From the NCBI GenBank assembly GCA_013239625.1, contig MU054391.1, positions 6,221,824 to 6,285,823 of the forward strand: a stretch of DNA of 64,000 nt. Reading direction: 5' to 3'. Origin of the DNA: Lama guanicoe (lineage: Eukaryota). Positions within the stretch are counted from its first letter, which is position 1. The number at the start of each line of letters is the position of its first letter. This document shows positions 38,781-52,573 of this stretch, piece after piece. Made by a program: the position numbers and the translations under genes. The notes under the pieces were generated by a model. It made no database searches, was not told the origin of the DNA, and saw only the letters and a program-made list of their open reading frames with translations.

Positions 38781-39949
38781 TTGGCCCGGAGCTTGTTACC
38801 TATTAGCTGTTCAATTAACTTTCCTCTCCTTCCCAGCCCTGGGGACTTGCAAGCTTGGGAGGCTGCTGGGCCTGGGCCCTGAGCACCCCCTTAGTCAGAG
38901 CCCTGAGTGGAGACGGAGAACCTCCCTCCCTCGGGGCAGCAACGTCTCCCAGTTGCCACAGACCTGGCGGAGCCCCAGCCCGCAAGAGTCAGCGCCTCCT
39001 TTCCTGCCCCACTTTGTTGTCCTCCAGGACTGTCAGACAGACGCACCGGACAGCTCCTCTGCCTTTGCCCCTTCTCCTCCAGGTGCCTTTCCTCTCCTTC
39101 CCCACCTGCAGTCCCTGTCTTTCTACATCCGGGACGTCCCCTGGTCATAAAGTGGAGGGGCTGGCACTGCCGCTGTCCCCAGCCAGGGCAGAACTGCACA
39201 GGACCCAGCCTCCAGCTACAGGGCCCCTCTCTCCAGCTCATCTTCAGATTCTCCCCTGTTCCCCCCCATCTGCTCAGACCAGAGACCCGAGCCAGCTTCA
39301 GGTGGGGTTGCATTCAGCTGTGAGTGCATCTGGTCTGTGGGAAGTAAGAGCTGGTGCTCCAGTCCCCTCTGGGCCCTAGTTCGACCCTCTGGAGTGGGGG
39401 TAGAGAACTGGGAATTGGAAGCTAAGGCAGGCTGCTTAAGCCCTTGGCTCGCCCCACTCCAGGGGTCGACTGGGAGTGGGGCTGGGGCTGCTTCCCTCAG
39501 TGACTCCTGACAGAGCAGGCGTCTGGGCTGGGATGGAGCTTGAGCAAAGTGGCTGAGCCCTGTCCTCACGGGAGCCCCTGGGGAGGGCAGGGTGCCCCAG
39601 CTGGACCATTAGCCTCCCCCCACCCCACCCAGGAGGAGTTGGAAAGAACATGGGAACCATCTCAGGGCACAGCTGGTCCCTGAGGTGCTGACAACAAGCC
39701 TCTGCAGCAGCAAACCTGCCCCCCATCCTGACGGCCCGCGGGTTACTCCTAAAGGGCACTGGCCAGGTCCAGGGCAGCTCATGGCCCCTGGTGCAGGGCT
39801 GGGTCCACGTGGAAGGGCTCTGGTCCTCCTTCACCAGGGCAGCCAGCATCCACAGGTGGGAAGCCCCTCCACTCCGATGTGCACCATCACACACCTCAAG
39901 GTGGAAAGCGGACCCCCACTGGGCTCTTCTGCAGCCCCCTGGCCCCCGC

Positions 39950-40860
39950 CCCAGACGGCTCACCTTTTCCCTTTACACTCCTGCTGCCCGCACCAGCTGA
40001 CCCTTCTTTGTCCATGCATTCTGCCCTCTGACCCTCTTCTCATCTGGTTTTTGGTCTCCTGGGGGCCAAACGCAATCGATCCTTTCAGGCAGGCCTCCTT
40101 TCCTGGCCTTGCCGCACCATCCCTGTCCTGAACTTCTCCTCCTTCCACTTCAGTGGTAGCTTCTGTCCAGCTGACCTTGTTCTGACCTTGCTCTGAACTT
40201 GACCCACTCTGTTCTCCTGCCTCAGCCCTCTTCCTCAATCATCTCTTAAATGCTGATGTTACAGAGAACACAGACACTTTCAGGTCTCACATGCCACCTG
40301 GACCCCAGAGATGTCCAAGTCTAGCTCTTTCCAGACCTCTCCAAACCTCCTCCAAGCCCTGGACCCACACATCCATTCGCAGTCGTCTCCCGCCAGATGA
40401 CTCCAGGGTCTGTCCTTCTTTCTGTCTGTCCCAGTTCAGGCTTCTGCATTTCACTGTTCCTCTGCTGGCCTTTCAGCCCCCGGCAGCCTGGCCCTGGGCC
40501 TCCGTGCCCATCTGCTCCTCCCTCCCCATTTCAGCACTGAACTCCCACTTCTCAACGCCACCTCTTTGCCCAGGCTGTTCCTTCTGCTTAAGATGCCCTT
40601 CCTGCCTCTCCTACCTGGAGATTGTTTCACGCCTCAAATCTTTGTCCTCCCAGGAATCCTGCTCCAGGAGGCCCACGGGTGGCATGTCCTTTGTTCTCCC
40701 CACCGATCCTTCCCACCCTGCCACTTCTCTCCCCTATGGTGTCCACCTCACACGAGCCTCATGTGCACTCGGTCTGTTCCCCTCACTGCTCAAACGGCTC
40801 CCAGAGCAGGCAGCCTGTCTGACCCAGCTCCCTGTCCCCTGCCCTGGGCATGGCTCAGCA
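39950..40860 (+). mobile_element. Degraded L2 LINE
   Basis: Pyrimidine-rich L2-like text (ctcttaaatgctgatgtt; gctgttccttctgcttaagatgcccttcc; tcctcccaggaatcc). Confidence 0.5.
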
Positions 40861-42569
40861 CACAGGGCCAAGCCGTGCCCGAAGGCCCAGGGTCTCTGCT
40901 GCAGATGGAAATGGGGGTCCAGAGAGGAACGGGGGTCGGGCCACAGGAAGAATTACACCCCCCACAATTAGGAGCCTGAGAACTTGGTCAGACCTGCCCA
41001 GGGTGGCAGTTAGCGTTCCGATTAATTAGTGAACTCTGTAAAGTACTTTGAACATGAAACGCACTACATAAATGCTAAGTATTATTATTAAAAAAAAGTA
41101 AGAAGTTCTCTAATATGCCAGACTGGAGAGCCCCAGGCTAGTCTAAATAAAGTGAACGAATGCAGAAAGTTAAGCAATTAAAAGGTGATATTGCAGGATT
41201 TGCAAAAAGCTGCAAGTGCCAATGGCTGCATCTGTGGAGCGCTTGAGGACAGAGGCACCCCCTCCAGGCCCAGCCCTCCCCCTCCCCTTCTCTCTCTCCC
41301 TCCCTCTCTGCATAGCCTGTCCCGCAAAGGGGGCACCCTGAGGCTGCCCTGATGTGGGTGGGAAGGGGTGGTCTGGAAGGCCTGGGCTGAGGTTGCAGGT
41401 AGAGAGTCGGGTTGGAAGAGGGCAAGGGCTAGAAAAAGATGCTGGCTGTCCCCAGGTGGAAACCCTCAGTCCAAAACTGGCCTCACGGTAGATAGTGTTT
41501 GTTTGCCTTCCCTCTGGGCTGGCCGAGGTCAGTGGCATCGCACACACTGTTTCATCAAGGCTGAACTGAGGGCTATGGGAGAAGGGAAACTCCTTTCACA
41601 GCCGCTCTCCCCAGAGCCTCCGCCAGAACTTCCTCAGCCAGGTGTGTTTTAAGGAGAGCACCCAGGAGGATAAGGCCACAAACCAGCCTAAAGGGACTGA
41701 AAAACCAGTGTGAAGTCAAAACTCCTCGGCCTCAGACCACAGCTGAGCAGAAGTGATTCGGGAACCTGACGTCCTGCACTCAGCTGATCTGCCTAGGTTG
41801 CTTATCTATAAAATGGGCACTTTGGACTAGACGATGCTCACGTTCACGGATGCTCTGACCTCACTTGTAGTTTGCATAAATCTCTAGCTCAGACAGACGA
41901 AGATGGCTGGAGTCCGGGATCAGCCTTGCCTGTCTCGACCTCCCTTTCTGGTCAGTGTAGGTTTCTGAGGTGTGGCACTTCTGAGTTGGTCCCTGGGGTC
42001 TCCATCACTGTGGAAAGGGGGAGAAACTGGCCCTTGGGGGCCACTCAATTCAAACGGGCCCTGGGCCCCCAACAGCCTTAGAGGGCATCACCACGGCCCG
42101 GGGCCAGGCGAATGCAAGGGGCACCGAGGGCGCTGCTCCCAGCCTGACTCCCAGCTCAGTCCCTACAGCTACCTGGAAGTCCAGCCTCTGCTTGGCCCCC
42201 ACATGAGTGCTTCTCTGGCCTTTTTCCCTGGAGGCTCAGCACCAGGGCTGATGTGGGCTGCCCCTCACTCGCCGGGGGGTGGCTCAGACCCTCACATTAG
42301 CACCACCTGTGAGGCAGGCCAACAGGGGAACTGAGGCTCAGTGAGGCCGCAGACCCTCCCCGCTTACAACACCTGCCCCCTCCCCCTCTGGGTCTGGTGG
42401 CTCCTTGTTATCCACCCCTGCAGTATGCACGTGGCTGTTGGGGGGGCCTCCTGGAGAGCAGAGGAGGCCAGTTCTAAAGGGACTCCCAGGCTGGGACCTG
42501 GGGCACAGCAGAACACTGGGGGACAGTCGTCCCGTATACACACCCACTAAGCCTCACACCTTGGTGGTC

Positions 42570-42690
42570 TGTCATTAAAAATATAGACTCCTGGACCCCG
42601 CCACAGGCCCTCTGGGTCAGAACCTCTGGGGCTGGGATCAGGAGTTTGACTTGTAACAAAGTTCCTAGAGGGAGGACTGTTTGGGACATT
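42570..42690. mobile_element. MER5-family fragment
   Basis: ttaaaaatatagactcctggaccccgcc...tcagaacctctgggg...tgtaacaaagttcc. Confidence 0.5.
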
Positions 42691-42832
42691 AGGTTCTGGG
42701 GACTCCCAATCTAGTCCAAGCCTTTGGCCTTACAAGGAGCCCCAAGAGGGTGCGGAGCCTGCCAGGGGCACACAGCTGCTGTCTGGTGAGACTTGTACCA
42801 TCCTACGCAGGCGCACTTTGACCCATCTACCT

Positions 42833-44200
42833 GCAGAAATTGACAAGCTAATCCTAAAATTTATATGGAAATGCAAAGAACTCAAACTAGCCAAAACAAT
42901 TTTGAAGAAGAACACAGTTGGAGAACTCATGCTTCCGGATTTCAAAACTTATTATAAAGTTACAATAATTAAGACAGCATAGTCCTGGCATAGGATATGT
43001 ATGTGTATATGATAGGAAAGAATGGTGTTTCAGCAAATGTGCTGGAATAATTATATATTCATGTGCCAGAAGATGAATTTAGGTTGTTAGCAGACACCTT
43101 ACACAAAAATTAACTCAAAATAGATTGTAGATGTATGTATAAGAGCTTAAAATTTTTAGGAGAAAACAGCACAAAATCTTTGTGACCTTGGGCTAAGCAA
43201 ACAGTTCTTAGAGACAATACCAAAAACACAAGTGGTAAAAGAAAAAAACTGATAAATTAGACTTCATCACCAAATTAAAATCTTTTGTGCTTTAAAAGAC
43301 ACTATTAGGAAGATGAAAAGACAAGCCACAGACAGGAGGAAAAGTGTTTGTCAGTCGTCTGTCTGATAAAGGACTTGCATCCAGAACACGTAACTCAATA
43401 AGGAGACAAACAGCCCAATTAAAAAATAGGCCAAATATTTGAGTACACATTTCACCAAAAAAGATGCAAAAGGTTCATGAGTCCGTAGGAAAATGCTAAT
43501 TAAAACCATTTCACACCGAGATCCCACTTTACACTGACTGTAATTTTAAAAACTTGTGTGTGTAGCTAAGTGTCAACATGGCTGGTGGGAATGTATGCTG
43601 AAACTTTAAAAAAATGTAGTTTTTCAGTTTCTTAGAAAGTTAAACATAAATTTACCGTATAACCCAGAAATTCCCCTCCTGGGAACTACCCAAGAGAAAT
43701 TTTTTAAAAAATGGCTATACAAAAAGTTGTGCATAATCTTTTATAGCAGCATTATTCATAGTTGCCCCACATGGAGGAAATCCAAATGATCATCAGCAGA
43801 TAAATGGATAAACAGGATGTGGTCTATTTGTACATTGAAATATTATTCAACCAAAAAAGCAACTACTGCTACAACATGGATGAACCTCAAAAAACTGATG
43901 GTAAGATAAGCTAGCTGCAGAAAACTTCAAACTGGATAATTCCATTTCTGTGAAATGTCTAGAAAGGACAAATTTATAGACACGATAAGCACATGGATGG
44001 TTGCCTGGGGTCAGGAGTGGGAATGGGGTCTGTTACCATATGTTCACCAGGGTTCCTTTGAAGGGGATGGAAATGCTTTAAAATTCAGTTGTGGTGGCCA
44101 GTGGTTACACAACTCTGTAAATTTACTAAAACTCATTGAATTTCACACTCACAGGTGACTTTTACTGTGCATAAAATTATACCTCAATTAAGCAGTTAAA
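42833..44200 (+). mobile_element. L1MB-like LINE-1 (ORF2 3' part plus 3' UTR, with internal deletions)
   Basis: Translates [42 protein letters not shown] at the start, then tacaacatggatgaacctc, and ends aaattatacctcaattaag. Confidence 0.9.
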
Positions 44201-44376
44201 AATGTATTCATAAAATGTATGTGTGAAAAAGACTGGAAGAAAACATGACAAAATGATAACTCCCTTTGTCTTTGGGCAATGGGATTATGGATGATTTTTA
44301 TTTTCTCCTTTATTCTTTCCTCTGTTTTCTAAATGTTTTTAATGGGTTTGCAGTGCTTGGATATTCAGAGAGCAGC

Positions 44377-44434
44377 GTGTATGTGTGTGTGTGTGTACAC
44401 AGTGTGTGTGTGAGTGTGTGTGTGTGTGTGTGTG
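44377..44434. repeat. Interrupted (TG)n microsatellite
   Basis: Seen directly in the sequence. Confidence 0.9.
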
Positions 44435-44749
44435 TAGCAGGATATGAGGCAAAACTTGTTTGCTGTTTGCTTTGGTGAGAGAAGCTGTTGTTTTCCAGCT
44501 GCCAGATGCTCCTCTAGCAGGAAAAGCAAAGCACATCCCTTATTCTGGGCAAAGGACCCGGGGGGGGCTGGCCCAGAATGACACACGGAAGAGTCACAGA
44601 TGTTCGTTGACTGGACAAAGCCTGTTCCTGGAAATAATCCTTGAAGCACAAAGTTCAAGATCACAGTAGGGGTGAGCAGGTGGGCAAATTCATAAACAGG
44701 GAGACACCTCCTGGAAGACAGGGAATGGAGACCTTGACCTTTCCCTGTT

Positions 44750-46620
44750 ATTTTGTTTAAGAAAATCTTTCATTGACTATAACCTGCATCAGAGAAGTGC
44801 ACAAATTGTTAGGGAACAACTCCATGAACTTTCCAAAGGTGAAACCATCACTCAGAGCAAGATGAAGAATGTTCCAGAAGCCACTTCATGCCCCTTCCCA
44901 GTCACTCACTCTCCCAAGGGGAACCATTCTCCTTACCCCGAAGACCCGTTTCTACTGCACTTGAGCTGCATGTATAGAAAAGCAAGCAGCAGGTTCTCTC
45001 TTGCCCCCGCTGCTTCTGCTCAGCATCATGTCTGTGTCTTGCACACGTGGTTACGAGAGTCAGCAGCTCATGCTCCTTGCTGTGTTCTGTTTCGCTGTGT
45101 GACTACACCTCAGTTTATCCATAGGCACTTGGGTCACTCTCAGTTTGGACTCCTGTGAGTATTCTGTCACATGCTTCCATGCACATGTGTGTAGTGTTGT
45201 CGGGCACGTGTCAGGCACGTCCTGGGAGTGGAATTGCTGGACGAGAACTCAGCCTCTGTCCAGTTCACTTGATCCTGCTGAGCAGTCTCCCCCAATGATT
45301 TTCCCCTTTTCACCTCCCAACAACAGGTTATGACAGGTCCAGTTGCCCTGCGTCCTCATCCACTCGGGGTACTGTCTGTCTTCTTGTGTGGTTTTACTTG
45401 CATGTCCCTGATGGCTAATGCAGTCAAACATTATTTTCATTTGCTTACTGGCAATTGGGTTTATTCTTTGGAGGAGAGCCTGTCCACGTCCTTTGCTTAT
45501 TTTTCTATTGGTTTGTCTGATAAGTATCGGTTTGTGGGAATTGAAAAAAAATTTTTCCTGAGTACATGCCCTTTGTGAGAAATATGTATGGCACTGTGGA
45601 GAACAGTATGGAAGTTCCTTAAAAAACTAAAAATTGATTTACCATATGATCCAGAAAACCCACTCCTGCACATATATCTGGAGAAAATTCTAATTTGAAA
45701 AGATACATGCACTCCAATGTTCAAAACAGCAGCACTGTTTACAATAGCCAAGACATGGAAGCAATCTTAATGTCCATTGACAGATGACTGGATAAAGAAG
45801 ATGTGGGGGGGGTGTGTATGTGTGTGTATATACATATTTATATATTTATATATATTTAATGGAATACTACTCAGCCATAAAAAACAATGAAATAATGCCA
45901 TTTGCAGTGACATGGATAGACCTAGAAATTATCATACTAAGTGAAGTAAGTCAGCCAGAGAAAGACAAATGATATCACATGTAGAATCTTAAAAAAAATG
46001 ACACAAATTAACTTATTTATAAACCAGCAATAGACTCATAGACATTAGAAAAAAAACTATGGTTACCAAAGGGGAAAGGGGAAGGGGAGGGATAAATTAG
46101 GAGTTTGGGATTAACAGATACACACTACTGTATATGAAATAGCTAAACAACAAGGACCTACTGTATGGCACAGGGAACTATATTCAGTTACTTATAATAA
46201 CCTATAATGGAAAAGAATCTGAAAAAGACTATGTATATTCATATTCATATATATATATGTATAAATGAATTACTTTGCTGTGCACCTGAAATTAACACAA
46301 CATGGCAAATCAAGGACACTTCAGTTAAAAAAAGGTGTACATATGGCAGATGACTTCTGCTCTGCGGCTGGCCTTTTCACTGTCTTAATGGTGCCACTTG
46401 ATGAACGGCAGTTCTTAGTTTTAGGTGAGTCCAGTGAATTGGTTTCCTCCCTCTATGGTTAGTGCTTTTTGTGTTTTGTGTAAGAGGTCTTTGCTAATCC
46501 CAAGACCATGAGGATGTCTTCTGAAGGCTTTGCTTTTTCACCTTTCACACCTGGATCTCCAGTCCTTTTTGAGTCGATCTCTGTAAGTGTATGGAGTGCG
46601 TCAGGTGAAGTTCAGCATCA
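44750..46620 (-). mobile_element. Old antisense L1M split by a younger L1 insertion
   Basis: agagaagtgcacaaatt, ggagtggaattgctgg and ttacttgcatgtccctgatggctaatg before 45580. Continues ccttttcactgtcttaatggtgcc...gcagttcttagttttag after 46350. Confidence 0.7.
45594..46333 (+). mobile_element. LINE-1 3' portion (ORF2 C-terminus plus 3' UTR)
   Basis: ctgtggagaacagtatggaagttcctt...ccatatgatccag...aatggaatactactcagccataaaaa...ggacctactgtatggcacagggaacta, then A tail. Degenerate TSD tatgtatggca / tacatatggca. Confidence 0.9.
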
Positions 46621-47699
46621 CATGAGCCTCTGACGGTGGGAGAGACAAGCTCCAACGAGAACACATTGTTGACCTGGCCACTGCCCAATGCGACTGAGAC
46701 TGTGAAAGGTGGGAGGGGCTGGGACCCAGGGATCCAGGTGAGGGCTGGCACAGGTGGCCTTGGTCTGGCACACTCCTGAGGGAGGCCGTGGCGCCCCTGT
46801 CACCAGAGAGTTGAGGGGTGGTCACAGCTGAGTGGACACAGGCAAAGACCCCTTCTCCTCTCTGGTACCCTGTGGAACCACCTCCAGCCCAGCAGGGGGA
46901 GAACCATTAGACTGAGTGAGACCCGTGCTACTAGACCATGATCCTTCAAGTCTGTGATGAAACCACTGCAAGAGGGAACCTGGGTCGGGTCCTTACTTCT
47001 CTACAACTGGAGGTGGAAGGTCTGGCCCTTCTGGACTGAGTCTATGAGGCTCCTGGGAAATTGGTTGATGCATGCTCAGCTGACAAATTTGAATATTAAA
47101 GAAATGTGGTTGAGGAAGTGGGTCATACCAGTGATGTATAATATAAATAAGTGAATCATTCTTCAGGCCATCAAAATAATTTGTCTTCATGTGGCTCAGC
47201 TGGAACTGCCTGAGGAAGAGGTAATCCTCCCCACCCAGGCTGCCAAGTGAGCAGCTTCTTTGAAAAATGTTATTCTGGGTGAGTTTCCATTATGCAGTAT
47301 AGGCCAGAGCAGGGGACTGCCGGGAGACCTCCGTCTAAGTGCTCCTCAGCATTGCTGAATAAAAAGTGGCCTTCCAGAACTTTGCACATGGTCGTGGATG
47401 GCTGAGTTAAAACACGGTCTACCAAAGGAGTAACAGATCAGTGGAAGCCTTGCTCACCTGAGCAAACTGAACTGAACAAGAATGCCTCTTCCAAGAGCTG
47501 TGCTTGCTTTTCTTCCCCCATCTCAACTCTTCCAATCTACCGAAGGGGGAAACCCACCCCTACTGCAGAGACTTTGGGAGCCCTGGCGAAGCAGGGCCCT
47601 CTCCACTCCCTCTCCATTCTTTCCTGTGACAACCACCACCTGGAGGTCTGCCTTTCTTTTACATCACAAAGGAGGCCTTTCATTCTTTAGAAAGAGGGA

Positions 47700-47925
47700 T
47701 AGCCTTAGGGCGGATTTGCCTGGGATGAATTCCATCTCTGTGATTTCCTACTGAGATTCTGGGCAGGTTCCTGATTCTTCTTAGCATCAGTTCTCTCATC
47801 TATGAAATGGGGACAATGTCTGTCTCACAGAGTTGTTATGAGGGCTAATCAGGATAATGAATCTCAAGAGTCTGAGTGTCCTTTTGGAACACAGTAGGCA
47901 CCCAATAACATTAGCTATTAATATT
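47700..47925 (+). mobile_element. MIR SINE
   Basis: tgcctgggatgaattcc...tcagttctctcatctatgaaatgggg...cacagtaggcacccaataacattagctatta. Confidence 0.85.
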
Positions 47926-49079
47926 ACGTTTTAAGCTATCATCTTCCTCTGGTGTAAGTGCAGAGCCCACTCATCAAAACAGTCCAGAGACAGATTGAAG
48001 AGCTTTGGCTCAACCTTCTTTGGAAATTTACATCACTTGCGAAGCTCCGTTGTGAAATATCGAAACATCGATGTGGATGAAAAAAAGACAAAGCCCAGAC
48101 TCTGAATCAACCAGTAGGTGTAGCGTTTCGGAGACTCCACAGGAGGGTGGGCCCGGTGACTCACCGCAGTGATCCTTTTACTTTTCCTAGTGACCAATCT
48201 GATTTTTCCATTACGCGGCAATGATTCACCATTTGCTGTCGCAGTTATGTAACTGGGGCTGTTTTGATCTGTTGGGGTGTCTATATCTGTATTTCAATGT
48301 CACCCCTGAGAAGCTTTGGGGAATCTTCTCTTTCACACACCCTGGTACGTGCTATAACAAACTATTGTTGAAATACCATACCCGAGAATGAAATCACCAT
48401 CCTCCTCATTCTCTGAGAAGTGAGCAGCTGAGTGATGGAGCACATCCTGGATCGCGAGTTAGAGACCCTGGCCCAGGCTTGCCTTGCTGCAGACTCCTTT
48501 TTGTTCCCTTCTTTCTCTGGCCTCCAGTTTCATAAAATGAGATATTGTACTACATCAGACCTAAGCTTTGATATTCAAAGAATTTACAAGATTAAACTTT
48601 TCTCAATAAGTCTTTTTACCGGACAAGAGTTCTCAGAATGTTTATTATCAAATCCTAAGTGCTGGCAATACAAAGGTGGACATGGAGACTAAGTTAAAGG
48701 GCAGAGCAGGGGAAACAATGGATTCATACTAGACTTCTTAATAATAAATTAATCTAGCCTTGGAGGAATGGGGTTCCCACCATATTCTTCAACTCTTTTG
48801 TGCTATAAATAACAAACAGTGGAAGATCAGATGTATTGACACCTTGGCTGCCACTCTGATCATGGACCTCAGCAGACTGAGGCCAGGAAAGAAGGGATGG
48901 GTTTTGCAGAAGCAGTTATTGTCATTGCACTTGCTTTGCTCATCCCCTGGCAGGAGCTCCATGTCCCAGGAATGGCTGAGTAATATCAATCCCTTGGACA
49001 TATCTTTGGGCTAACCTGCCAGTAAGAGACAGAGCTATCATGGGCACTCAATATCTAAATTTCCTTTTCACTTTTTTTT

Positions 49080-50130
49080 TCATCCTAAGCATTTGCTGGG
49101 CTTCTTAAATCTATGGATTGGCATCTTTCATCAGTTCTGAAAAGTTCTCAGATATACAATATCTCTTCAACAATATCTTCAACAATATCTTCAATCTTTG
49201 CCCCTTCTCTCTTACTTCTCCTTTCAGAACTCCAATTAATGTATTTGGACATCCTCACTCTATCCTTCCTGTCCCTGAACCTCTTTTTCATGATTTTCAT
49301 CTTTTTAATCTCTCTGTGCTGTTACTTGCATAATTTCTTCTGACCCACCTTCCAGTTCACTGATTCTCTCTTCATCTATATCTAATTTCTTAGTAAACCT
49401 ATCTATTGAATTTTAAATTTCAGTTGTCGTATACCTATTTTTTTTAAATCAATTTAATTCTTTTTTAAAAAATCTATCAGGTCAGTTTTATTTTTAATAG
49501 TACTCCCTTTCTTGCAACTATTTTTAAGCTTGTATTTTATTTAACATAATAAGCAGTTTTATAATTTTTCCCAATTATGAAATTATTCTATTATATGAAA
49601 ATTTCCCATATAAATCTATTATATGAATATGAAATATACATTGAAATATTAGCTGTGTTTTTTCTGCTTATTCTTGCTTTTGTTGCCTCATTTCCCTGTG
49701 TGCTTCTTTATATTTCACAGAATGCTACTTATTGTTCTTGAAAAATTACTTAGTGGGAATTTTCCTTTCTTCCTTTTTTTTTTTTTTTTTTGAGGCCTGA
49801 GATGAATGAGACTTCTTCCAGAAAGGATTTGCACTTACTTCCATGTACCTAGGATCACTTCTATTCCAGAATCACCTTATTCTAAATTTGCTTCTTGAAG
49901 TTTTTTGGACCCTTCAGGTGATGTGAATGTGGGCCACCAGTCTGCACAAGGGTTAGCATGGGGTTGTAACTTTCCAGAAATGAACTTTTCCCCCTCAATG
50001 CCAAGAAACTGGTCCTTGTAGTCTCTAAAGTGGGGGAAGAAAGGAAGATTGCTTCTGGTCACACTAGTCCTGGGTGTGTAGCCCTTTTGAGTTCTAGCAT
50101 AATGGGCTAAAGGTCTTCTATTAGATCATT
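49080..50130 (-). mobile_element. Ancient L1ME/HAL1-like 5'/ORF1-region fragment
   Basis: tcagttctgaaaagttctcag...ctcctttcagaactccaatta...cttccagttcactgattctctcttc. Confidence 0.55.
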
Positions 50131-50239
50131 CACCTTGAAATGAAACATAACATTCTTTCTGCCATATCAGATATGGTACTTGCTCAGATTAAACACCCTG
50201 GAACTATAAAAGTTACAAAACCAACTTTAGAAAAATTTA

Positions 50240-50700
50240 GAGATTTTAGACATGCAAGATAAAACAGAAATTCTTTCAAATACAAGTAGTAGAAAGAGCA
50301 GCTTATTTTTCTTATATGATAAGAAATCCAGAGGTGAACAGTTGGTGGTATTGGGTCATTTGCTCAAGAATGCCACTGGGGTTAGGGGACAGTCCAGATT
50401 CCTTCTGTATTTCCCCTCTTGCAGATCATCATCTTATTGTTATGAAATGGCCATCTTAAGTCTAAACATCACATCCATGCTGAAAACAGAAAAAAAGGAA
50501 TGAGATAGCATGAGTCACGTCTGTCTGTTTCATCAGGGAGGCCAAAGCTCCCTCCGCAGACTCCCCCATGTGTCTCATTGTCCAAGACGTGTTCATGTGA
50601 GTAGCTTGTTGTGAGGAACCTTAAGAAACTAAGAATCTAGCAAATGGAATCAGATTGCCATGAATTCTTATACCAGTCTTGGTTCTCCCCTTGGACTGAG
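50240..50700 (-). mobile_element. Old MaLR LTR (MLT1K/L-like)
   Basis: aagaaatccagaggt; aaatggcc...ctaaacatcacatcc; cagactcccccatgtgtctcattg. Confidence 0.45.
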
Positions 50701-52573
50701 CACATTCCCACTCTGAATACAGTCAGGATCACATTAGAAAGGAAAAAGAGGAGGCTGGCTGGGGAAGGCAATCAGTTCTCATCATGCTGGGAGCTCATTG
50801 TCCCACCGCCCACCTTCCAGCAAAGCAGCACAAAGTCAACCTTCTGAGCCAAGAGCCTGCCTTGTAGGGGAGCCTCCAGAAATGGGTTTCCAAGCTGGAA
50901 GATGGTTTTTCTAATAATAGATATTTTTTCACTCCACAAAATACCTGAAGAGATGACTACCCTTGGAAAAATTTCTGCTTGGATGCAGATGATGGCGGGG
51001 GAGTCCAGATGTTGTCAACGTAGAGAAAGCATGCTGTTTCCAGGCCAGGCCTCTGGGTGATGAAACCCATTAGAGTTTGCTCTTTCGGTGCCAGAAAGAG
51101 GTATAGATGGTGATACTGGAACCAGAGGCACTTCCTCCCTACTCATGATCCCTTTGGCAAGTCACACCTGAGCATTTTCTCACTTAGCATAAGCATCAGA
51201 TAGGGCAAGGGTCCAAGAGGGCACACCTGCTGCACTTAGGCATCGCTGGTTGTCTTCCCCTTCTGGGTAGATCAAGTGCCTACCTTTTACAGGATTTATA
51301 GCCAGGCCCGTCCTTGAAGACCTAAATCTGGGAGCCCACTGGCGAATGTACAGTGCCCCCCACTGTCTCCCTATCTCCCCACAGGCATAATATTTCTGGT
51401 CTTTAGTCCTAGGGGCTTGGTGAGTGACAGACAGGGCTTCCCTGGGTTGGTGAATTGGGACGGGGGTGGCCAGGTGTGTGGACCAGCAGAAATCTGTCCC
51501 TGTGGGGATATGCTCAGGAGGAGGGGGCAGGCTTCTCCATGCTGGCCACAGGGTTTTCTTCTCTCTCCTCCTATGCTCCCTGCACTTCCCAGACCTCGGG
51601 CTGCTCTGCTTCAAACATCCCCTCTCAGCTGCACCCTGGATTGAGATACTTCCACACAGCCTTGAGATCTTGGTTTTGACCCCAGTTCCTGACAAATTCT
51701 CCAGACCAGGTGGGCCTTCCTATTGTTTGTACCCAGAGCATCCATGCTTCTCCCTCATAACCCTTGTCACCCTTCAAAAGACCATTTACCACCCAGCTTT
51801 CCCACCCGGTGGGAACCTGCTCAGAGGTTGGAACCACATGTTTTATGATCTCTGCGTTTTCAGTGCCCACCACACACCCAGCTGCCTCGGAACCTGCACT
51901 TGTTGAATGAATGAAGAAACAAAAAATCAAAATCCACAAATGAAGGAACAGTTAATGACATGTGAAGATACTTACATATAACGTTAGCCAAACACACCAG
52001 TGAATGAAGGGGCATGAAATTATATCTATAACATGATCCCATTTGGGGGGAAAAGCCCATAGGAAATTACTGGGAGCAAAATGGAAAGAAATCTAACAAA
52101 ATGTTAACTGTAATTAATTGTGACTACAAGTGACTTTAATTTTTTTTTTATCTTTCTATAATTTCCAAATTCTCTGTAATGTACATTTTTGCCCTTAAAA
52201 TTAAAAAAAGATGTTGTCAGTCCTTCAATAGACAGACTATGAGGAGATGTGGGTTAAACTTGGCATGTGTTGGCTCATGGTCAACACTGCATCAGGTCAG
52301 TGAGGATGGAGGAGGAGAGCCGAAAGCCTGTGTGACAATGCAGTGAAGGGCACAGAATTGAAAGGTCACTGGCTGAGGTGTCCTCTGTGGTCCCCAGAGC
52401 ATGGAGATTCTTCTGTATGAGGCTGACCAGGGCCCTGAGCCCTGAGCATCCGTCTGGGCACATTTTCTTGGCATATCTGGAGGCGTGTTGTGCACCCAAT
52501 GCAGGTGTGCTCCATGGAGGACTCTCTCTTATCAGGAGAATTCAATGCAGGTGTGATTGTGGCATTTCACCTG

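Noticed and set aside
40291..40971. Longest ORF in the track (226 aa)
   Set aside because: It is rich in Pro/Ser/Leu/Cys, has no recognisable domain and lies in degraded L2-like pyrimidine-rich sequence. This is a typical chance ORF.
49155..49197. Three copies of a 12-bp unit (caatatcttcaa)
   Set aside because: This is ordinary slippage inside an old L1 fragment.
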